A stretch of 64,000 nt of DNA from positions 1,054,001 through 1,118,000 of the forward strand of contig OZ037846.1 in the NCBI GenBank assembly GCA_964035575.1, read 5' to 3'. Every line of letters begins with the position of its first letter. The first letter of the stretch is position 1. The translations under genes were made by a program, and so were the position numbers. Under the pieces are notes generated by a model. That model worked only from the letters and a program-made list of their open reading frames with translations, was not told where the DNA came from and ran no database searches. This document shows, one piece after another, positions 28,150 to 40,341 of the stretch. This DNA comes from Rhynchopus sp. YZ270_cl-10 (Eukaryota).

Positions 28150-29280
28150 AAAAATTTTCCGCTCGCTTCGCTCGCGGATGTAATTTTTTGACTAATGCTT
28201 GGTATTGTGTAATTGTTTTTGTATTGTGTTCGCTCGCGAACACAATACAAAAACAATTACACACTATTCCCGCGCGCGAAGCGCGCGGGTAAAAATTTTT
28301 ACGGGTAGTTTTTCCGCGAGCGAAGCGAGCGGTAAAAGTATATTCCCGCGCGAAGCGCGCGGGAAAATTTTTTGCGAGTAGTTTTTCCGCGAGCGAAGCG
28401 CGCGGGAAACATTTTTACGAGTAGTTGTTCCGCGAGCGAAGCGAGCGGTAAAAGTAAATTCCCGCGCGCGAAGCGCGCGGGGAAAAATTTTTACGGGTAG
28501 TTTTTCCGCGAGCGAAGAGAGCGGGAAAATTATAGTGTACCTCCGCGAGCGCAGCGAGCGGAAATTTTTTTTTTTTTTGCAATTTTTGGGCAAAGTTCAA
28601 AAATCCCAGCTAAAAATGGTCGGGAATGTTCTGCCGGGATTTTTGGACGATTCGTTTTTCCCGGACAAAAAACCCACACAAATTATAAAGTGACACCCCC
28701 TTGTGTCAAGGACATGTCAACGACATGTCAATCTAGGCCCCCTCCGGAACACCAAGCGAGCGGAAAAAGGGTGTACACTCTTTGGTTGTAAAAGGTGCGT
28801 GCGTACTGGGCAGCTTCACGCCACAGTTCCCGGACCCGCTAGCGCGTGCCGCTCACAATAAAACAGCAAATTGGCTTGTGCCTGTACGAACTGGCTTTTC
28901 AGGTCGAAAACGGCCTCAAAAATAGGTGCTTTTGGGGACTCATTCATGTGTATGACCAAAAACCAAGTGGCCTGAAGTGTGATCTGTCCCTAGTACCCAA
29001 GTAGAGCAAATCCCCAAAAAACCAATTAGCGAAGGACTTTTACACCATTGACCACAGATTTCATGTTATTTTACGGGTTTTTCGATGCACGTTTGTGAAC
29101 TGGGAAGCATGCCACCAGTGATAAAATTTTACAACGAAAAAATGGCCAAAAGTAAAGAAATTTTATGGTGTACCTCCGCGAGCGAAGCGAGCGGGAAAAC
29201 TTTCAAGGTGTACCTCCGCGAGCGCAGCGAGCGGAAAAATTTTTACGGTGTACCTCCGCGAGCGAAACGAGCGGTAAATT
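28150..29280. repeat. Clustered CGCGAGCGAAGCGAGCGG-type repeats, including three ~41-bp tandem units (29167-29280) and a 28-bp-stem hairpin (28206-28263); probable TE subterminal sequence
   Basis: Motif visible many times, mostly on one strand; also at 6228-6292. Confidence 0.75.
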
Positions 29281-29680
29281 TTTTTGCGCCCATTCTTTTG
29301 AAAATGTGTCAGTAGGGTAACCAGGGGGTGATAACAAATATCTACTCCACTAATCGGGTCGAGAAAAAATGTCGTGAATTCGAGAGGGTTGTCATTCGGT
29401 TCAAAACGACACAACTTATCCACAGAAAAGTTTTTGATTTTGTCCCTACACACTCCACAAAAATCCGGTGCGATCAACGAAAAATTCTTTTTCTGATTTC
29501 GTTTCTTTCTTTTTCAGACTAGCTTAAACTCAGATGACAGTTTTTATTTTTGGGATTGCAATCAGCGGATCGAATTGAGTTAAATGCGGGGTCGTAGGGT
29601 CAAAAATTTGCATCTGTGGTTTATTAAGTGAACGAGGCCCAGAGTATACGCCTAACGAGATCTTGGCTGATATGTGAACC

Positions 29681-30892
29681 TGTACTGTACTGTACTGTAC
29701 TGTACTGTACTGTACTGTACTGTACTGTACTGTACTGTACTGTACTGTACTGTACTGTACTGTACTGTACTGTACTGTACTGTACTGTACTGTACTGTAC
29801 TGTACTGTACTGTACTGTACTGTACTGTACTGTACTGTACTGTACTGTACTGGGTACTGGGTACTGGGTACTGGGTACTGGGTACTGGGTACTGGGTACT
29901 GGGTACTGGGTACTGGGTACTGGGTACTGGGTACTGGGTACTGGGTACTGGGTACTGGGTACTGGGTACTGGGTACTGGGTACTGGGTACTGGGTACTGG
30001 GTACTGGGTACTGGGTACTGGGTACTGGGTACTGGGTACTGGGTACTGGGTACTGGGTACTGGGTACTGGGTACTGGGTACTGGGTACTGGGTACTGGGT
30101 ACTGGGTACTGGGTACTGGGTACTGGGTACTGGGTACTGGGTACTGGGTACTGGGTACTGGGTACTGGGTACTGGGTACTGGGTACTGGGTACTGGGTAC
30201 TGGGTACTGGGTACTGGGTACTGGGTACTGGGTACTGGGTACTGGGTACTGGGTACTGGGTACTGGGTACTGGGTACTGGGTACTGGGTACTGGGTACTG
30301 GGTACTGGGTACTGGGTACTGGGTACTGGGTACTGGGTACTGGGTACTGGGTACTGGGTACTGGGTACTGGGTACTGGGTACTGGGTACTGGGTACTGGG
30401 TACTGGGTACTGGGTACTGGGTACTGGGTACTGGGTACTGGGTACTGGGTACTGGGTACTGGGTACTGGGTACTGGGTACTGGGTACTGGGTACTGGGTA
30501 CTGGGTACTGGGTACTGGGTACTGGGTACTGGGTACTGGGTACTGGGTACTGGGTACTGGGTACTGGGTACTGGGTACTGGGTACTGGGTACTGGGTACT
30601 GTGTACTGTGTACTGTGTACTGTGTACTGTGTACTGTGTACTGTGTACTGTGTACTGTGTACTGTGTACTGTGTACTGTGTACTGTGTACTGTGTACTGT
30701 GTACTGTGTACTGTGTACTGTGTACTGTGTACTGTGTACTGTGTACTGTGTACTGTGTACTGTGTACTGTGTACTGTGTACTGTGTACTGTGTACTGTGT
30801 ACTGTGTACTGTGTACTGTGTACTGTGTACTGTGTACTGTGTACTGTGTACTGTGTACTGTGTACTGTGTACTGTGTACTGTGTACTGTGTA
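29681..30892. repeat. Compound microsatellite (TGTAC)34-(TGGGTAC)107-(TGTGTAC)41
   Basis: Perfect blocks switching at 29851 and 30600. Confidence 0.97.
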
Positions 30893-32712
30893 AAAACCAT
30901 AGGGGGGACCCTATGGATTTTTGGATTTTGCACTGAAAATTTTGGAGCATAAATTTGGAGAACAAAATTACTATGTCCGAGTTTGAGGCCCAAAAATTCC
31001 ATTAAAGCAAGAATTTTTAACTTTTGAGTATCTGTGGTACTCTCATATTTTTTCCTAACTTGCACAAAATTTCTAAAAACGGTGTATAAATAAAAGGAAA
31101 TTTATTTCACACCGGTACCCTTATTCTTTTTTATTTTGCTTTTTATTCTATATTTCTTTCTTCTGTGTCGGCTTGGGTTTTCTATCTGATGCACACACAG
31201 GATGTGACTGGTATTTGTCTAGATTGGTAGCAACTATTGCACGGAATACTCTACGTACACACTGCAGCCATCAAGACCAAGACTTTTTAAGTTACCCTCC
31301 TCCTGGTGAACAGACAGGACATATCCGGTAAGGACAGAGAAAGGACAAGGAGACAGGGGGAAAAAAAACTTTTTTAATTTTACCCCATTTCCCCACACCA
31401 CGTTTTTTTGGTGTGGATCTTTCTTGGGGATGGGGATATTCAGATGGACAGAACAACGATTTTTTTTTATAAGTAAGAGAAAACCGAATGGAGTGGGAAC
31501 GCTAGTGAGAGCGATTAGTTGGTTGTATTTTGGGGAAATTTTTGGCCGAAAATCGGCCCCAGCTATTAGTGACCGGGCTCATATTGTCCAAAATTTAAGT
31601 CGCTAAAATTTTGTCCATTTTTCCAGATTGACCCCACCACTGACTGGGATTGGCTCAAAAATGCAAATAACGGCGTTTTCGCCTGTATTGTTTGTTACGA
31701 AACCCCGTGCAGACTAGCCATTTAATTACTTACTTACCCGACCCCCCCAATCCTTAGTCTGCAGACTGTACCCCACCCCCTTTTTTTTTGAGAAAAAAAA
31801 ACCTCCCGTGGTGTGCCCTCTATAGGGGTGGTGGTATACCTTAGAAGGACCTTTTTTACACCTTTTTTTTTATAGAAAAATCACACCAACTCCCATATTT
31901 TTTTCATCCGCCAGTTTAGTTATGCGACTCTACAATTATCCCCCTCACCCCTTTAGTTACTGGGAAGATCAATCAGGGGCAGCCCTTACGGGCGCGTTCC
32001 GAAGTGCACCCGCCAGAGGTGTGAGTGAGAGTCACACTTGGTGTGGTGTTTTTGGTTAATATTCTCATCATTTGTAAAGAGCCTCAGGGAAGTGTCCTGG
32101 CTGCAGTGGTGTCTGTACTTCCCCCTTGCCTACTAGACGAGTAATAGGCCGGCACCCTAGGTGGAGTGTTGACTCATTAGGGATCGGGTGTGTACCTCCA
32201 CAGTGTGTGACCACCTTCGTTTCCCACAGGGTTATCCATCCCAGCACTTTTTACCCTCAGGCCAAGACCTTCCGTACTGATTTTCTTTTCTTTTTTCCTT
32301 TAGGGTGCATGTGTTGACCCTCTCAAATACTTTCAATTCTGTGAACTGAAAGTATATGAATCTAAAACTTTAGGTACTTCTTTGTAGTGCCCTCTATGCC
32401 TTCTTTTCGTAAGAAAAGAAAGTAGATGAAATAATTTTTTTTGTCTTTCCTCTTCCAGCGTTTTTTGGTGACATAGTGCGTGAAAAATACCCAGAAAATG
32501 AAATTTTTGTACTATTTTCAACCCCCACCCCCTGTTTTGGATATACGGAGTGCATTTTACGGAGCGCACAAACAAAAGACCCGATCTTTTTTTTTTTTTT
32601 TTTTTTTTTGGTTTTTCAACACTTTTTTCCACCCCCCTTTCCCTCCCTCCCTCCATACCCTTTTTAAACCTTCTTCACCTCTTTTAGCAACCCTCCCCTT
32701 CCCCCTCCCCCT

Positions 32713-35388
32713 ATGTGGCGCTGCTCCCCCACCTTGCTGCTGATCGCAGCAGTGCATGCTGCGGAGAACGACTTCGACTGCACCAAATGGCCGCCTCCTA
32801 TCAACAACGTGGAGTACCCGCGATGGCCGTACTGCAACCGACGACCCGGAGACGGGGAGACACGCTATACGTGGATGCTTACAGGAATGCCGCCGGCCAA
32901 CCAAGCCCCGTATCAATGCCCGAAGGGGTTGGTACTGCGTGCAGATTCTCCAGGGCTTACCTGCGCTGATTACAGCATTGCGGATGAAGCAGCAGGTCCG
33001 TGCATGACGGAGACATGCTGTACCACTGCGGTTTGCAGTGCCCACCGCTGTGCATCGGGATGGACGCTCCGCCCCGACCATGGAGAGATGTCTTGCTACT
33101 TCGGCTGCACCGATGCGATATGCTGCGATCCACCCCCAGACTCACGTCTTCCCAAACACCATGCTGCTGGGCTAACCTTTGTCGACCGCGACCCAGCCCG
33201 CTTCGTTTACGGCGGCAAAGTCACCATCCACCGAGCATACGACGAATCCGACATCACACATTACCGTGTATACTGGGGTTTCATGAAGGTCCTCCGAAAG
33301 GTTCCATCCTGCACGCTTGCACGCCCGGTTTCGTGGAATACCGAAAAATATTTGGATACAACCAAACTATTGAAAGAAGTTCGGGCTACTGGATGTGACA
33401 TTAGCTTTGACATTCCGATGGGAACTAAAGCACAGGACCATGCAAGGTGCGAAATATCCTTCGACAGAAAGGACCGTACGAAGGCGGTTACTGACGAATG
33501 CAATCCACACTACCTTATGGTCGTTGCTGTCAACCGCTTTGGAGAAAAACCTGTTACACGAACCAACGAAGAGCAGGTCGGCCCCCGCCTACCTATCAGC
33601 GACTACGAAGGAGAATGGAACCTCCCCTGCGCAGAAAGCGGCGTAACCGGCGGGCACGACCTCCCTGGCCCCGCGGACACCATCCTCGGAGTATGGAACC
33701 AAGTAGAATCCGCCGCAGACTGTGCCGCTCTCTGCCGTGCCCACCACGACCCCATCACCGGACCCTGCCGTTATTGGACCTGGTCAGTCCCCACTGGAGG
33801 CCCAACACACAAATCCTGTTGGATCGAAACCCAAACCACTCAACGCTCTCACTACGGTGTTCGTGTCATGGGTCCTGCAGTATGCCCCACCCGAGACGGA
33901 GAACTCCCAACCGGCAAAGAAAGACCACGGTGCACCAGATGGGTGAGACTCCAAAACACGATTCCCTTCGTGGAGGCAGAGATCTATGGGTGGGATAATA
34001 AGCAAGGGGTGAATTTTGTACAGCCGCCGAGGCTGCCAGATAACCCGTTGGGGCCGTATGACAATGCGGAGCAGTGCCAAGGGGTGTGCGACCAGGATGT
34101 GCTGTGCATTGGGATCGTTTGGATGAAGAGAAACAAAAACTTTCGGTATCGGAGGTGCTGGCTGGTTCGGGTCGATTCGGGGCTGCGGGTGGCGTCGCAG
34201 AACTTTGATATGTGGTTTTGTTCTCGCGAAACGTTGCCTCCACTCATTAACGGCTATACACACCAAAAACACCACTTTGGCTACAAAACCTGCGCCACCA
34301 CCGCCCTTTCCAACACAACCGAATCATCATACGACTGCTGCGCAAACCAATGCGACGCACAGTCCACATGCTCCCATTTCACCTATCACGACGGAACCAA
34401 CGGACACGGCTTTTGCGAACTCTATTCCTCTTGCCCCATGGCACTTCACACCAAAGCAGAAGGCTGCGCGTACGAAGGCTGCTTCTCCGGCTACGGTGCA
34501 GCAACGTACTCCAAAGACACCGCATCAATTGAATTTGTAGACCCATACCCATTTCAGGCGAATCCTTCTGGGATCGAAGTGAATCTGCAGACGAATGGGT
34601 TGGTGTCGGAGGAGGTGGTGTGTGTTGCGGTGCTGGCAGGGCCTGCAACGACAATGAGGTCGTCTCTCCCAGAGTCTGCGAAGGCGATGAAGGCGCAGGA
34701 GGCGCTGAAGAATGTGGTAGTCACATCATCGGTGGTTGATTCGGTCGCATCATTAGTAATCCGATCGGAGACTGGTGCCGCGTCTCTTTCATATACAGCA
34801 GAGTATACCATCCGGTGTGGATTGACGAATCACGCAGAGCACAATCTCCCTGCTGCCATCGATTTCACCTACCAAACCACCGCACCCCCAGGGTATCGCC
34901 ATTTAGGTAATGGATGGTGCAGGGTTCTTCGAAATGCGTGTATCAAAACGCAGAAGGACTTTAAGGATAAGGTTTATTCCTTGGAAACCTGCAAGACAGT
35001 GTGTGATGGGGACAGTAGCTGTACCGCCTTTGCGTTTGTTCAGGCAAATGGAATGTGCATTACCTATGGAAACTGTGCGTTTAACATTGTGGACCCAAAG
35101 CCGTCGATATTCTGTCTTGTGAAGGTTCCTGTAGGGGGTGCGGTGTTGAACCAGACCGATGCAACGTTTCGTGGTGGAGGGGAGTGTTCACGTGGCTGTG
35201 GGAATGATGATATGTGTTTAACGAAGAGGACCTTCGGACGTCACACACGAAATGTGTTTCTCCCCGCCAGAGGGGGTGTGTGTTCCGACTCGAGAAAGGG
35301 GAATGTCACAGAGTTTGCTGAAACAGCGGGGATGACGTTGCGCCCATCCGTTCTGATTGTTCTCCTTGCGTTTGTTGTGTTTGTGTGA
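32713..35388 (+). CDS. Cysteine-rich cell-surface protein with about 4 PAN/Apple-like domains, 891 aa
   Basis: Signal peptide; CxxxC..C..(F/W)..C units (SAADCAALC, NAEQCQGVC, CCANQC, SLETCKTVC); hydrophobic C-terminal tail with no cytoplasmic part (GPI-like). Confidence 0.8.
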   Translation: MWRCSPTLLLIAAVHAAENDFDCTKWPPPINNVEYPRWPYCNRRPGDGETRYTWMLTGMPPANQAPYQCPKGLVLRADSPGLTCADYSIADEAAGPCMTETCCTTAVCSAHRCASGWTLRPDHGEMSCYFGCTDAICCDPPPDSRLPKHHAAGLTFVDRDPARFVYGGKVTIHRAYDESDITHYRVYWGFMKVLRKVPSCTLARPVSWNTEKYLDTTKLLKEVRATGCDISFDIPMGTKAQDHARCEISFDRKDRTKAVTDECNPHYLMVVAVNRFGEKPVTRTNEEQVGPRLPISDYEGEWNLPCAESGVTGGHDLPGPADTILGVWNQVESAADCAALCRAHHDPITGPCRYWTWSVPTGGPTHKSCWIETQTTQRSHYGVRVMGPAVCPTRDGELPTGKERPRCTRWVRLQNTIPFVEAEIYGWDNKQGVNFVQPPRLPDNPLGPYDNAEQCQGVCDQDVLCIGIVWMKRNKNFRYRRCWLVRVDSGLRVASQNFDMWFCSRETLPPLINGYTHQKHHFGYKTCATTALSNTTESSYDCCANQCDAQSTCSHFTYHDGTNGHGFCELYSSCPMALHTKAEGCAYEGCFSGYGAATYSKDTASIEFVDPYPFQANPSGIEVNLQTNGLVSEEVVCVAVLAGPATTMRSSLPESAKAMKAQEALKNVVVTSSVVDSVASLVIRSETGAASLSYTAEYTIRCGLTNHAEHNLPAAIDFTYQTTAPPGYRHLGNGWCRVLRNACIKTQKDFKDKVYSLETCKTVCDGDSSCTAFAFVQANGMCITYGNCAFNIVDPKPSIFCLVKVPVGGAVLNQTDATFRGGGECSRGCGNDDMCLTKRTFGRHTRNVFLPARGGVCSDSRKGNVTEFAETAGMTLRPSVLIVLLAFVVFV

Positions 35389-36160
35389 GGGGGAGGGATG
35401 GAGTAGAAATGGTGAAAAAGAAGGGGGGGGAAAAACATATTTTTTTACAACACAATACCTCATTTTCTTGGATTCTTTTTAAAAGATGTGCGGGCATATT
35501 CACAAAATTTTTTCTATTTTTCCTCCACACGAAGTGTGTTTAGAAACCAGACAAAAAGAAAGCCAACATTTGACTTGTTAACGACCGTTCTATTTCCTTT
35601 TTACATCATTTCACTTCGCGCCACATCAGGATTTCACCTTTTGGGCTGCGTTCAAACGAAAATAAGTCTTCTTTCCTTTTTTTCAAGTTATCAAGATCAG
35701 TTGGCGGGTATAGTTGTCTGGGTTTTTCTTCTTCTCCTCTCAGCATTCCCGACACACTGTGCTACGAAAAACCCGACTAATTTCGTAGGCGATGTTCTCG
35801 TTGTTCCCTGTATACTAGCTTTGTGCTTTTCACTCCGGGGCTGGACCCTCATCGTCCAGTGGGTCAGTAGGAGGTGTATACAATCAATAACTATCATTTT
35901 TTTTTATCCTCCTGCGATGTGTGTGCACAAGACACATCCACCTTGTAATTTTTCTTTCTTCTTCCCTCCCACCCACCTCCCGGCTGTTTTAAATAAAAGG
36001 AAATTGGTTTCTTGAAAACTTTGTATTAGTAGACATAGTGTGCAGACGAACATTTTGGTTCGTCTGCACACACTATGCCTAGAGTGTGCTCCACTCTTCT
36101 AAACACTGTTTACGACACCGCAGAGCGATGATCTCTCTTGTGTGGGGCAGATGCCACATT

Positions 36161-36307
36161 TGGTGTGGCTGAAAGGGGGGGTGCTATTGTTGTGGTATTT
36201 TCTGCTATTCTGGGCATCTGGATTTTTTTTGGTGCGGCTGAAGGGAGGTACTATTTTTGTGCTGCTTTCGGCTATTTTCTGCTATTTTGGGGTTGTCGGC
36301 TACACCA
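36161..36307. mobile_element. Small TG..CA inverted-repeat element; related copy at 58457..58525
   Basis: TGGTGTGGCTGA..TCGGCTACACCA with ACATT on both flanks; second copy TGGTGTGGCTGA..TCAGCCACACCA has no TSD. Confidence 0.5.
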
Positions 36308-37467
36308 ACATTGATGTCGGTTTCTTTTTACTTAATACTATAAACCCACCTCCCACCTCCCGCTCTCCCCCTACACCTAAACAAACGATACTCGCAAAAA
36401 GCCATTTATAGGCTACGTGCGTACCCCAATACCCGCCTTTTTGTCTTGATTCATGGGGAACGATTTCCTTTTGTAGTCGGTGTGATCTGGGTGAGGAAGC
36501 GTTCCAACTTTTTCAATATCTCACCCATTTTTTCTATTCGCGATTTTTTTCCCCACCCCCGTTTTTAGAATCAACAGAGTGTGTACATTAAGATTTGTAG
36601 TCTACTGCCAGTGAACCAGCAGGGTTGAGATTTTTTGTACAGAGTGAAAGAACAAACAGAGTAAAGCCTGGGGGCAGCTGCATTCCCTAATACGTTGATG
36701 TTGGGGGGTGTGTGCTTTTCATCCTCTTATAAAAAAAAACGTTATGTGTGGACGGTATTCATATTATCAAAGAAAACAATTCAAAAGCAAATGACACACT
36801 GTGTACGAAACAGGTGTCCGTTTCTCTCGGGTCGTATGTATAGCATGGCCTCGTCTTGTACAGCGTTGCTAATCCCAGAGAATGTCGGTGTGTTCGTCAA
36901 AAAAAAAAGGTTGTGTGTTCTTTCTTCGAAATCCACTCAAAAATCAAAGCACCCTTCTTTGCAAAAGGATGTGTGTGTTTGAAAGCATGTCTGGGTATTC
37001 CTATTGGAACATTGCGCTGATGTTAGACAGTGAGACACATCTTATCTTTTCAAGTTATTTTGTTCCTCTCTCCATGTATGTATTTATGTGGGGCAAAAAA
37101 AAAGCTGTACTGATCATTGCTCCGCTCTCTCCTTTTTTTGCGTTCGTCGTAGCAATCAGTTTCCATTGCCACATAAAGGAGGTCACTATGGTCATATGGA
37201 CGGCCAAGACTATTAGCAACTAAGCGTGGGGATAGGGGAGGGGAGGGGGGGAAAGCGTGTTTTCCGACACTTCTTCTTCTTCTTTTTTGCAAGGAAAAAT
37301 GGTGTATGTTTTACCCATGTTTACCCCTTCCCCCAACTCCCCCCAAGTCAAAGTTTCAGCAAAAATGCCAAAAATACGAAAACTTCCATAGGGCTTTCAT
37401 AGGGGCCTTGAATCGGGTCTGCAAGCCCCACACCTCTATCTCTCGTATCAAACCACATCCTACACCA

Positions 37468-37775
37468 CACACAACACACTTTAAGGGCCATATTCTGCGC
37501 AAGAATTACCCCTCACTAGGCATCAACCAACACACAACACACTTAGTGGCGATACTCCGTTTAGGCGTTACTACCCACTCTAAAATCTGTTATCTAACCA
37601 CACCCCCAACCTCCTACGGCACACACAACACACTTTAAGGGCCATATTCCACGCAAGAATTACCCCTCATTAGGCATCAACCAACACACAACACACTTAG
37701 TGGCGATACTCCGTTTAGGCGTTACTACCCACTCTAAAATCTATTATCTAACCACACCCCCCAACCTCCTCTACA
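37468..37775 (+). repeat. Two tandem copies of a ~154-bp unit upstream of the 37793 gene
   Basis: CACACAACACACTTTAAGGGCCATATTC..CCAACCTCCT twice; part recurs at 39138-39180. Confidence 0.85.
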
Positions 37776-37792
37776 GCACCACACACAACACT

Positions 37793-39447
37793 ATGGACGA
37801 CATCTTCGCAGAGTTCGAAGGCGAAGCACCGTCCGCAGACTTCCTCGCGACAGATGCTGAGGACACTGCCGACTTCCTGGGCGGGCCTGACGTTGCCACC
37901 GAGGAGGTGCCTGCAGCAGCAGCCACCTTGGTCCTCCCGGGGTACCTTCCGGGGTATGGGCCACCACCGTCGACACCGCCACCTTCTTATGCGGCTGTGA
38001 TGGAGATGAAGCAGAGGGAGGATGCGGAGCGGCGGCAGGCTGCAGTGGCGGCCGCGTCTGTTGCGAGAGGGGGTAATGTGTTTGGCGAGGCTGTGGATAG
38101 CGATGAGGAGGACCGTGGTGTGCCTCCAACTGCCACTGTCGCTGCGACGCAGCAGCTCGGTCTCAGCAACGTCGACGAATGGGAGCTTGTCGTGCTTGAG
38201 AAGAAGGGGTACGGTGTGCTGATCTCCCCTGTCCCCCCTTCAATGGATATCGACGAAACGCAGATGGTGGTCGACGTGCTTGCAGAGCAGATTCCAATTT
38301 CTCCTGGCCGGATTATCTTCTTGAGAAAACGCAAAATGGCGTTTCTCACCTTAAAAAAAGGGAAGGAGGAGCAAGCTGCTATCGACAAAGCAGCGTTTCA
38401 AGTACCAAGACTGGGTGGGTTTTCGATTTACAGCAGAGAGTTGGTGTTTGGGTCAAGCTTTTCGGGGACAAAAAAGCAGGAGACGGAGAAGCAAACCGGG
38501 GCGTACAATTCGAAGTACAATGGTCCGCAGAAGAGAAGTGTCACGCCGTTGTCGTTGTCATCGTCGGAGAGTAGCAGTACTGACTCGGATCTGTCGTCAG
38601 CCTCGAGAGAACGGAGGCGGAAGAAGAAGAAGCAAAAGAAGAAGCAGGAGAAGCGGAGAAAGAAGGAGGAAAAGCGCGGCCGGCGTGAGGCACAGGACCT
38701 GCACTACGGGCACCCGATCACGCAGGGCGGCATGATGGGTGGCTACGATGCGTACGGCTGGCAGGTCGACCCCTGGGCAGTGGGCATGCCTGGAGGATTC
38801 GCGCCACCACCCCCGCCGGCGAGGGTGGAGTACTTCCTCATTGAGGCAACGCGGGAGCGTGGGCCTAAGTGTGGGCGTTGTAGAGAAAACCTACGCGAAT
38901 CTGTGCCAGAAATATGCCCAATGTGCGGTGCCCCTCTACGCGCCCCGTATGTCCATTTTTCCTATTTGAAAAAACGCTTTTGAGCACAGTGCACTGCACT
39001 GCACTGCACTGCACTGCACTGCACTGCACTGCACTGCACTGCACTGCACTGCACTGCACTGCACTGCACTGCACTGCACTGCACTGCACTGCACTGCACT
39101 GCACTGCACTGCACTGCCCTACACTACTCCCCTCTCTTAAAGGGCCATATTCTGCGCAAGAATTGCCCTCACTAGACATTACACTACCTACACTACACCA
39201 CCCCCTCTCCCACAGAACCGCTCCTGGCAAGGAGAGCAGACGCAGGGACACGAGGGACTCACGTGAGGCAGATAGAAGTGCACGGAGCAGAGGCCATGCG
39301 GACGAGCGAGAACGGGATGGCAGGTCAGGCAGGCAGGACCGTGACCGTGAACGCGATCCCCGTGACCGTGAACGTGGCCGTGACGATCGTACTGACCGTC
39401 AGAGACGCAGTGGTGGTGGCGACTCACAACGCGACCGGAGAAGATAA
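37793..39447 (+). CDS. Two-exon putative RNA-binding protein (join 37793..38946, 39216..39447): RRM-like region, S/K-rich tract, CxxC..CxxC Zn ribbon, RD/RE-rich tail
   Basis: ATG 37793; GTATGT donor 38947 and CACAG acceptor 39215 join in frame (CC|A) to TAPGKESRRRD..; CGRC..CPMCG; RKMAFLTL is RNP1-like. Confidence 0.65.
38990..39114. repeat. (TGCAC)25 microsatellite inside the predicted intron
   Basis: Perfect 5-mer run. Confidence 0.97.
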
Positions 39448-40341
39448 ACAAGCACGGCCTCCTTTGCCATCTCAACTGTTGTGCCCGCGAGAGACATCCA
39501 TCTCTGTTTAGCTTTTGTTTTGGGGGGTTTTTTGTGCTGTTTCGATCAGCTAGGATGTCCTCCCGCTAGAGGGATCCGCCGCATGTGTGTTGCCGATTTT
39601 TCCAGCAGTACGTCGCCTCCGTTCGGTTGATGGTGCTGTAAAATAGTTTTCAGCCCTGCTCGAGAAGAAGAGAGTGGGGGAAAAAAAGGAAAAGAAAAAA
39701 AAAAGCGTTTTTTTGTATAGTGGTTCATCCTCGGGTGTCTACACTAAAACAAAGTTTTCCAAAAATTAAAAAAAAATGAAAAAAAAAAAAAAAACGGACC
39801 GGTGGTTTGCCGATTCTGCAAAAAACATGATAGTCTGGTGGATCATCGGGGCAACTGAATTTTGTGAGGCCTGGGGGGGAGCAAAGGAGTGTTGGCGCCT
39901 CGAAGTCCCCTGACTGTGCTTTGGCTGTTTTGTGCGGCAGGCTACACTAATCCAACAGGTTATCAAGGGTGGGTAGGGGTGGGATGTTTGTTGTTTTAGG
40001 GGTGTTAGGGGAAAAGGACATTGTTACCTTTATAAATTGAAAAAATAAAAGTGTGATTTCCCCCCATTTCTACCTGCCTAAACCCATATATTTTTTTGAA
40101 AGTTTGATATAGTGTAGAGACCTCGCCTTTTTTTTTTTTTTTTTTCCTCGTGAGCTCCGCGCAGCCGTTCCTCGCTTTTCTCTGGTTTCGTACATTGGGT
40201 TCGATATCCCATGGAGAGTCAGTGCTGTGTCCTGCTGTCCCAGAGGGGTTTGAACTATCAACTTCACCTTTTTTTAAATATTACTACCTTTCAGGGGGGG
40301 AAAAAACACATTTTTTTTTTGGCCAAATCACACAAAGCACG

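Noticed and set aside
29851..30599. (TGGGTAC)n as a telomere
   Set aside because: Interstitial, embedded between other GTAC units, and not the TTAGGG repeat known from euglenozoans
29530..31065. Long ORFs over microsatellites (also 6547-7114 and 16661-17210)
   Set aside because: Artefacts of stop-free short repeats that are open in most frames
40150..40341. N-terminal extensions in the ORF track (also 37700, 14871, 51817)
   Set aside because: Non-ATG starts through low-complexity intergenic sequence; paralogs or composition support downstream ATGs
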